Assembly: GCA_964636035.1 (NCBI GenBank)
Contig: CAZWQB010000001.1
Span: 7,788-71,787 of the forward strand
Source: an uncultured Roseivirgaceae bacterium
GTDB lineage: Bacteria; Bacteroidota; Bacteroidia; Cytophagales; Cyclobacteriaceae
Reading direction: 5' to 3'
DNA: 64,000 nucleotides
Every line of letters begins with the position of its first letter. Position 1 is the first letter of the stretch. The notes beneath the pieces were generated by a model. It had not been told where the DNA came from and ran no database searches. It saw nothing but the letters and a program-made list of their open reading frames with translations. Below, piece after piece: positions 57,908 through 64,000 of the stretch. A program made the translations under genes and the position numbers.

Positions 57908-59038
57908 ATGGTAAAAAGTAAAATTCAAAGCAACGAGCCTAATCCTCCCAGGGTCAAAAATTTAGTTTGGAAGATCCTTGTTGTATTGGGAGGAATTCTC
58001 CTTTTCTTGTTTTCTATTAACCTTTTGGGGACAGCCTTTAACCATGTAGGCCAGGCCACCGCTGATACGCTTTTAAAAGCGACCAACAATCCCTTTATCA
58101 GTCTTTTTATAGGACTTTTGATTACCGCTATCATACAAAGCAGTTCCACGACTACTTCTATGATTGTGGCTGTGGTAGCAACGGGCTCATTAAGCTTGTC
58201 AAACGCGATCCCCATGGTGATGGGGGCAAATATTGGTACCACCCTCACAAGTACATTGGTCTCTTTAGGATTTTTAAACCAAAACAAAACTTTTAACAGG
58301 GCAATTGCAGCCGGTTCTCTTCACGACTTCTTTAACATTCTGATCACCTGTATCTTGTTTCCGCTCGAATACGCATACGGTTTTTTAACACTGCTTTCAA
58401 CAGAATTTACCGATATACTCACCTCGTCTTCGCTGGTCTCTTTTTTCCCTCAGTGGCCTTTTGAGCTGTTCACCTTTCAACCCATTAGTGATTTTTTGGT
58501 CAGCACCATCCCTAATTCGTGGATTCTGATTATACTATCTTTTATACTTTTATACTTGTCAATCAACTTGCTTTCAAAGGTGATCTATCGGCTATTGCTT
58601 GGCGACTCAAACAACAAATTCAATGCTTACATCTTTGATAAGCCTTATAAATCATTTGGCTGGGGCCTCCTAATTACGGCATCTATCCAGTCCAGCTCTG
58701 TGACCACTTCCCTTACCGTGCCTTTGGTTGCACGGGGCAGCACATCCGTAAAAAAAGTGCTACCTTTTATCCTGGGTGCGAATTTAGGCACCACCATTAC
58801 CGCCTTGATTGCTGCTTTGTTCAAATCTGAAGCAGCCATTTCGCTGGCGTTGGCCCACCTTCTTTTCAATTTAATTGGCGTAATCATTTTTTTTCCAATC
58901 CCCTGGTTGAGAAATATACCTGTGTATTTGTCTCTGCTGTTGGGAAAGTTCACCATGAAATATAAAGTGATAGGCTTTCTATATATCATCCTCACGTTCT
59001 TTCTGATTCCATTTTTGCTCATATATTTCTCACAATAG
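57908..59038 (+). CDS. Na+/phosphate cotransporter family protein (NptA-like, no PhoU-like tail)
   Basis: Duplicated QSSS(T/V)TTS signatures (IIQSSSTTTSMIVA; SIQSSSVTTSLTVP) and GANIGTT / GANLGTT. 376 aa. Confidence 0.8.
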   Translation: MVKSKIQSNEPNPPRVKNLVWKILVVLGGILLFLFSINLLGTAFNHVGQATADTLLKATNNPFISLFIGLLITAIIQSSSTTTSMIVAVVATGSLSLSNAIPMVMGANIGTTLTSTLVSLGFLNQNKTFNRAIAAGSLHDFFNILITCILFPLEYAYGFLTLLSTEFTDILTSSSLVSFFPQWPFELFTFQPISDFLVSTIPNSWILIILSFILLYLSINLLSKVIYRLLLGDSNNKFNAYIFDKPYKSFGWGLLITASIQSSSVTTSLTVPLVARGSTSVKKVLPFILGANLGTTITALIAALFKSEAAISLALAHLLFNLIGVIIFFPIPWLRNIPVYLSLLLGKFTMKYKVIGFLYIILTFFLIPFLLIYFSQ

Positions 59039-59195
59039 GTCTTAGCGCGAGGAAGACAAGATCAAGAGTGCAGCTTAAAACAATGCGCCGGCCACGAAGG
59101 CCCTGAATCTGCTGAGATGGACCGTCGCCAGGTATATAGCAAAAATTGAAAGAGAGACCTTGAAAACACAACAAGTGCATCTCTCCGTTTCGCAC

Positions 59196-59465
59196 TTAAC
59201 AGGCTTTGATCAACTGAAAGCATTCATCATCTATAAGATAAGATTCAATCGCTGATATCTTTTTAAAAGAACGAATGAACATTAAGAAATTAAAGTCCCT
59301 GATGTTATGCGGGATGCTGAACCAAATCTCTACAAAAAAATTATTGATGGCGTAAAGTTCTACATGCTGGTTTGGATATCGCTTTTCCGTCAAAAACCGC
59401 CCCTGGGTCCACACAACTTCCGCCCGTTTCTCCATATTCATCTTGATAAATTCCTCATATCTCAT
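59196..59465 (-). CDS. Hypothetical 89-aa protein
   Basis: ORF only. No motif recognised. Confidence 0.35.
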   Translation of the reverse strand: MRYEEFIKMNMEKRAEVVWTQGRFLTEKRYPNQHVELYAINNFFVEIWFSIPHNIRDFNFLMFIRSFKKISAIESYLIDDECFQLIKAC

Positions 59466-59588
59466 AGGAATGATATGTTATAGTTTAAAAAATATTCCCT
59501 CGCACAATATTTATCTTAACCTAATAAGAAGAAGAAAGTTATGCTATTGTAAACAGTTATTATAAGCCACAGACAAAACAATTTAATT

Positions 59589-60455
59589 ATGAACAAGCAA
59601 GAATATATCGAGAAAGAATTACCCAGGCAGCAACAGGAAACACCGGGAAGGGAGGCAGAAATGAACCCGGCACCGGAGGTAATCAGGTCTGATTACCGGG
59701 GAAGCGGAAAGCTGGAAGGCAAGGTTGCGTTGATCAGCGGAGGAGATTCCGGAATTGGCCGGGCTGTAGGAGTCCACTTTGCTCGCGAAGGTGCCAGGGT
59801 GGCTATTATATACCTCGAAGAAAATGATGACGCTCGGGAAACAAAACGAATGATAGAAGACGAAGGAAGCTCGTGCTTATTGCTGCCAGGTGACATCCGC
59901 GACAAAACATTTTGCGATGAATGCATTTCAAAAGTGAGAGATCATTTTGGTGCTCTGAATATTTTGGTAAACAACGCAGCAGAACAGCATCCCCACGATT
60001 CGTTCGACGAGCTTGACCTGGATTTGATGAGAAAGACATTTGAAACAAATATTTTCTCTATGTTTTATCTGACGAAAGCCGCCGCCAATCACATGACTTC
60101 CGGCGATAGCATCATCAATACAACAAGCGTGGTCGCTTATCAGGGCAGGGATCAGCTCATCGACTATGGGGCGACCAAAGGAGCAATAGTTTCATTTACC
60201 CGGTCTTTAAACGTTGCCTTTGCTCCTAAGAATATCAGGGTAAATGCAGTAGCTCCCGGACCTATTTGGACACCTTTGATTCCATCAACCTTTGACGAAG
60301 AACATGTAGCGAAGTTTGGAAAATCTACCAATATGGGAAGGCCGGGACAACCATCAGAAGTGGCTCCCGCTTATGTGTTCCTTGCCTCAAAAGACGCGTC
60401 TTATATATCAGGGCAAGTAATACATGTTAACGGGGGAGAAGCCGTAGCAAGTTAA
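59589..60455 (+). CDS. SDR-family oxidoreductase (YhdF/YghA-like)
   Basis: ALISGGDSGIGRA cofactor motif, NNAA, catalytic YGATK. 288 aa. Confidence 0.85.
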   Translation: MNKQEYIEKELPRQQQETPGREAEMNPAPEVIRSDYRGSGKLEGKVALISGGDSGIGRAVGVHFAREGARVAIIYLEENDDARETKRMIEDEGSSCLLLPGDIRDKTFCDECISKVRDHFGALNILVNNAAEQHPHDSFDELDLDLMRKTFETNIFSMFYLTKAAANHMTSGDSIINTTSVVAYQGRDQLIDYGATKGAIVSFTRSLNVAFAPKNIRVNAVAPGPIWTPLIPSTFDEEHVAKFGKSTNMGRPGQPSEVAPAYVFLASKDASYISGQVIHVNGGEAVAS

Positions 60456-60516
60456 AGTTCATGCCATGTCCCCTGTTAGTATAAGATCGCAACCCTGTAA
60501 AAAGCCACAAAAGAAA

Positions 60517-60560
60517 GAAGCCGCCTTAGCTCCGAGGAGGAGGTGGGGCGGCTTCGTTTT
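60517..60560 (+). terminator. Rho-independent terminator after the SDR gene
   Basis: GAAGCCGCC-N21-GGCGGCTTC (9-bp perfect stem) followed by GTTTT. Confidence 0.6.
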
Positions 60561-60814
60561 CAACCAGCTATGGAGACACAAATATTGGCAGAAAAATTTA
60601 GAATACAAATGTTTATGAAATCTTTTTTCAAATATTTTTGAAGGTAGGCGGGAATTTTTGAATAGTTACATTAATAATAAAAATAATTCAAAAGCGGTTA
60701 CCTCCTATTGATATTTTTAATTAATTGTTAAATCTCCAATAGAGGAGTTGAAAACCGAGGGAGAAGGTTCTGAAATCCCGACAAGGCTGAGGGAGTAAAC
60801 TTAATGAATAGAGA

Positions 60815-61027
60815 ATGGAACACAGAGGGTTAAAGGTAGAGCAAGTTTTGGTTCGCAAGGGAATAGATATTTCAACATTGTCGAAATTAATCAATTTACA
60901 CAAAGACCATCTTTATGTGCTTTTGGGAGATCGGTTTTTAGAATATGATATCATCAAATTCATTGGAAAACATGTAGGTCATGATTTTTCCAATGAATTT
61001 CCTGAGTTGAAAAGCGATACCCGGTAA
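60815..61027 (+). CDS. Hypothetical 70-aa protein (possible HTH)
   Basis: ORF only. GIDISTLSKLINLHKDHLYVLL is weakly helix-turn-helix-like. Confidence 0.3.
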   Translation: MEHRGLKVEQVLVRKGIDISTLSKLINLHKDHLYVLLGDRFLEYDIIKFIGKHVGHDFSNEFPELKSDTR

Positions 61028-61037
61028 AAGACGTAAT

Positions 61038-62957
61038 TTATGAAGTCGCAGGCACGTGGTCTAGCAATTTGATAATTGCTTTTCTAATGGATTCCGGATC
61101 CATTCCCGCTTCTTTATGAAGTTCGATTTGTTCCCCATGCTCAAAAACAGCATCCGGTATACCCAGCCTGACTATTGAGGCTACATAGCCATTGTCTGCC
61201 ATAAATTCCAACACGGCACTTCCGAACCCACCCATGATACAGCCATCTTCAATGGTAATTATTTTATTGAATTTCGCGAATACCTGATGTAGCATTTCTT
61301 CGTCAAGGGGCTTTACAAACCGCATGTCATAATGAGCAGGATATACTTCTTCCTTTTCAAGTAATGAAAAAGCCTCCACCACATAGTTACCTATGTGTCC
61401 TATGGAGAGAACAGCTACATCTTCTCCTTCTTTAATTATTCTGCCCTTGCCCACCGGAATTTCTTCGAAGGGTGTTTTCCAAACAGGCATTACACCCTGT
61501 CCACGGGGATAACGAATGCAAAATGCCCCTTTACCCGGGAGCTGCGCCGTAAACATCAAATTTCTAAGCTCGGATTCATTCATTGGAGCTGAAACAACCA
61601 GGTTGGGAACACATCTCATGTATGCAATGTCATACGCTCCGTGGTGTGTGGGACCATCAGCACCTGCAAACCCGGCCCGATCAAGGCAAAACACAACTGG
61701 TAGTTTTTGAATGCACACATCATGAATGACCTGGTCATAAGCCCGCTGCATAAAAGTGGAGTAGATGTTGCAAAACGGGATGAGACCTTGCGTGGCCAAT
61801 CCGGCAGAAAAGGTTACTGCATGCTGCTCAGCAATCCCAACATCAAAAGCCCTTTCTGGCATTTCATTCATCATGATATTCAAAGAAGAGCCGGAAGGCA
61901 TTGCAGGTGTAATGCCCATTATTTTTGAATTATTTCGGGCCAACTCTACAAGCGTATGTCCAAATACATCCTGGTATTTTGGTGGCTGTGGCGCATCGTA
62001 AATTTTTTTCCTGATCTCGCCGGTCAGTTTATCAAATTTGCCCGGAGCATGCCATTTGGTTTGATCTTTCTCTGCCAAAGCAAAGCCTTTGCCCTTTACT
62101 GTGATGCAATGCAATATTTTCGGCCCGGGAATGTTTTTCAGATCCTCCATTACGCTCACCAGATGATTCACGTCGTGGCCATCAATAGGCCCAAAATACC
62201 GAAGGTTCAAACTCTCAAATAGATTGCTTTGCTTCAGAAAGAAAGACTTGAGGCTGGTATCGATTTTAGAAACTATTTCCTGCGCACTCGTTCCAAATTT
62301 GCTTATTTTCCCCAAGGCTTTCCACACTTCGTCCTTGAGCTTATTATAAGTATGAGAGGTGGTAATGTCAGTTAAATAATCTTTAAGCGCGCCCACGTTC
62401 GGGTCGATAGACATGCAGTTATCATTGAGGATGATCAGCAGATTTGTATTGGACACCCCGGCATGATTCATGGCCTCGAATGCCATTCCCCCTGTCATGG
62501 CCCCATCTCCTATTACAGCAATGTGCTGCTTGTTTTTCTCCTCTGTATATTTGGAAGCCACAGCCATTCCCAACGCAGCGGAAATGGACGTGGAAGAATG
62601 CCCTACCCCAAAGGTGTCATAAGGACTTTCCGACCTCTTGGGGAAACCGGATATTCCTTTATACATCCTGTTCGTATGAAACTTATCCTTTCTTCCCGTC
62701 AGTATCTTGTGGCCATAAGCCTGATGCCCCACATCCCACACAACCTGGTCTACAGGCGTATTAAATACATAATGCAATGCTACTGTTAGTTCTACAACTC
62801 CCAAACTGGCGCCAAAGTGCCCGCCGTAAACAGAAACGGTATCGATGATAAATTGGCGTAATTCCTGAGAAAGCTGAACCAGTTGTTTCTGATCTAGTTT
62901 TTTTAGATCTTGAGGAGTGTCAATCTGAGATAATAAATCTCCAGGCTTAATAAGCAT
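61038..62957 (-). CDS. dxs: 1-deoxy-D-xylulose-5-phosphate synthase
   Basis: 639 aa. GGHFGASLGVVELTVALH, GHSSTSISAALGMA, ThDP motif GDGAMTGGMAFEA. Confidence 0.95.
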   Translation of the reverse strand: MLIKPGDLLSQIDTPQDLKKLDQKQLVQLSQELRQFIIDTVSVYGGHFGASLGVVELTVALHYVFNTPVDQVVWDVGHQAYGHKILTGRKDKFHTNRMYKGISGFPKRSESPYDTFGVGHSSTSISAALGMAVASKYTEEKNKQHIAVIGDGAMTGGMAFEAMNHAGVSNTNLLIILNDNCMSIDPNVGALKDYLTDITTSHTYNKLKDEVWKALGKISKFGTSAQEIVSKIDTSLKSFFLKQSNLFESLNLRYFGPIDGHDVNHLVSVMEDLKNIPGPKILHCITVKGKGFALAEKDQTKWHAPGKFDKLTGEIRKKIYDAPQPPKYQDVFGHTLVELARNNSKIMGITPAMPSGSSLNIMMNEMPERAFDVGIAEQHAVTFSAGLATQGLIPFCNIYSTFMQRAYDQVIHDVCIQKLPVVFCLDRAGFAGADGPTHHGAYDIAYMRCVPNLVVSAPMNESELRNLMFTAQLPGKGAFCIRYPRGQGVMPVWKTPFEEIPVGKGRIIKEGEDVAVLSIGHIGNYVVEAFSLLEKEEVYPAHYDMRFVKPLDEEMLHQVFAKFNKIITIEDGCIMGGFGSAVLEFMADNGYVASIVRLGIPDAVFEHGEQIELHKEAGMDPESIRKAIIKLLDHVPATS

Positions 62958-63173
62958 AGTTTATGACTTTAATACATCACAGTAACTTCCGAAAAACGGA
63001 ATTGTTACTTCCTGAATTTGAGGCAATTCTTCTTAAACAAAATGCCAATCTAAGGTACGCAAAACTTCATCTAATTAAACCAAAGCGCAAAAAAGCCGTC
63101 AAATAATCTTTGATGAAGTAAGCAAAAGTACAGAAAAATTTATAAATGCTGTATTAATTTAGGTATTATGTAA

Positions 63174-63181
63174 TACCTTTG
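63174..63181 (+). promoter_or_regulatory. -7 promoter box TACCTTTG upstream of scpA
   Basis: Exact TAnnTTTG match 40 nt upstream of the TTG start at 63221. Confidence 0.35.
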
Positions 63182-63220
63182 AATAGGTCATATTAAACGC
63201 ACATACTTATCTGATCTAAT

Positions 63221-63970
63221 TTGAGTTTCGAAATAAAACTTCCATTGTTTGAGGGTCCTTTTGACCTGCTCCTGTTTTTTATAGAGAGAGATGAGTTGGA
63301 TATATATGATATCCCGATAGCAAAAATCACCAAAGATTTCCTGGACTACATCCACATCATGGAAAACCTGAACATTGAGGTGGCTAGTGAATTTATTTTG
63401 GTAGCATCTACTTTGATGCGGATCAAGGCAAAGATGCTATTACCCCGGCCAGTTTTAGATGAAGAAGGGAATGAGATTGACCCGAGAGAAGAGCTTGTAC
63501 AACATCTACTAGAGTATAAAAAGTACAAGTCGGTAATAGCAGAACTCGTGGCATTGGAAGAAAGCAGACAGCAGAAGGAATCGCGTGGGAATCTGGCCAA
63601 AGAAATCAAAGCTTTGTCTGCTCTTAATAATGTAGAAGCAGAAATTCAGGACATTGATTTATACAAACTTTGCAAAATTTTCGAGAAAGTGATGAAACGT
63701 TTTGAGGAAGCACAAAACAAACCTTCTCATAGCGTAGTTCAATATCCTTATACCATCGAAAAACAAAAAGATTTTATTTTAACAAAACTAGAAGGTCAGG
63801 GGAAACTGTCTTTTGAGAAAATAATCAGCTACAATCCACAAAAAATAGCAGTAATATATAATTTTCTGGCAATATTGGAGTTGCTCCAAAACAATGAGGT
63901 GGTTTTATTCGGAGGCGATAGTTTTAATAATTTTTGGATTGAGAAATTAGCAGAGGCGATTATTAACTAA
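63221..63970 (+). CDS. scpA: Segregation and condensation protein A (kleisin)
   Basis: FEGPFDLLLFFIERDELDIYDIPIAKIT N-terminus is typical of ScpA. 249 aa with a TTG start. Confidence 0.85.
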   Translation: MSFEIKLPLFEGPFDLLLFFIERDELDIYDIPIAKITKDFLDYIHIMENLNIEVASEFILVASTLMRIKAKMLLPRPVLDEEGNEIDPREELVQHLLEYKKYKSVIAELVALEESRQQKESRGNLAKEIKALSALNNVEAEIQDIDLYKLCKIFEKVMKRFEEAQNKPSHSVVQYPYTIEKQKDFILTKLEGQGKLSFEKIISYNPQKIAVIYNFLAILELLQNNEVVLFGGDSFNNFWIEKLAEAIIN

Positions 63971-64000
63971 TGGATCTGGATTCGAAGAAAGTACTTAAAA

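Noticed and set aside
60561-60814. Several short AT-rich inverted repeats (TTCAAA/TTTGAA, TTTTGAAT/ATTCAAAA, CTCCTATTG/CAATAGAGGAG) upstream of the 70-aa ORF
   Set aside because: The arms are short and AT-rich, so chance occurrence is likely in such DNA. No riboswitch consensus was recognised.
63970-64000. ATG overlapping the scpA stop (TAATG) opening MDLDSKKVLK at the right edge
   Set aside because: Only 10 codons are visible, which is too little to call a gene or a function.
1-64000. Search for CRISPR arrays, IS elements/transposases, integrases, phage genes, toxin-antitoxin pairs and rRNA
   Set aside because: No regularly spaced direct repeats, no transposase/integrase/recombinase-like ORFs and no rRNA-like sequence were seen. 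The window looks like stable core chromosome.

Overview
This 64-kb window looks like a Bacteroidota chromosome, probably Cytophagales or Cyclobacteriaceae-like. The evidence is AT-rich intergenic DNA, repeated TAnnTTTG -7 promoter boxes, DUF4834/DUF4625-type proteins, a long S16 tail and a fused 2-oxoacid dehydrogenase E1.

The content is almost entirely core and housekeeping genes:
- sbcDC.
- A fused E1 alpha/beta 2-oxoacid dehydrogenase.
- A bacillithiol-flavoured redox group (ytxJ, OsmC, YfiT) around lipA.
- A carotenoid cluster: CruF-like gene, ECF sigma, crtI, crtB, fused crtYcd, ispH, crtW.
- A membrane adenylate cyclase, ppk1 plus a NUDIX gene, and a response regulator with a histidine kinase.
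- One tRNA-Val(GAC).
- A Fur-family/TonB-receptor metal locus.
- nqrF, accD, carB and sucA-sucB-lpdA.
- rpsP-rimM-trmD, rplS, dapF, secA, two phosphate-transporter-like genes, dxs and scpA.

I found no rRNA, CRISPR array, transposase, integrase, phage gene or recognisable defence system.

The most system-like unexplained locus is the Fur-family regulator with a TonB-dependent receptor, a His-rich lipoprotein, a MerC-like permease and a second lipoprotein (25.0-29.9 kb). Other points worth a second look:
- A badly decayed class I fructose-bisphosphate aldolase pseudogene.
- A Lys-rich internally repeated protein with no canonical start codon in front of its signal peptide.
- An odd tRNA (C33, U-U pair in the T stem).
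- A HisA paralog and an arginase-fold protein, each with substituted catalytic or metal residues.
- An unlinked nqrF.
- A 500-bp noncoding region upstream of dapF with a perfect 24-bp palindrome and a duplicated dapF leader.

All function calls rest on motifs recognised by eye. No database search was run, and hairpin or motif coordinates were counted by hand and may be off by 1-2 nt.
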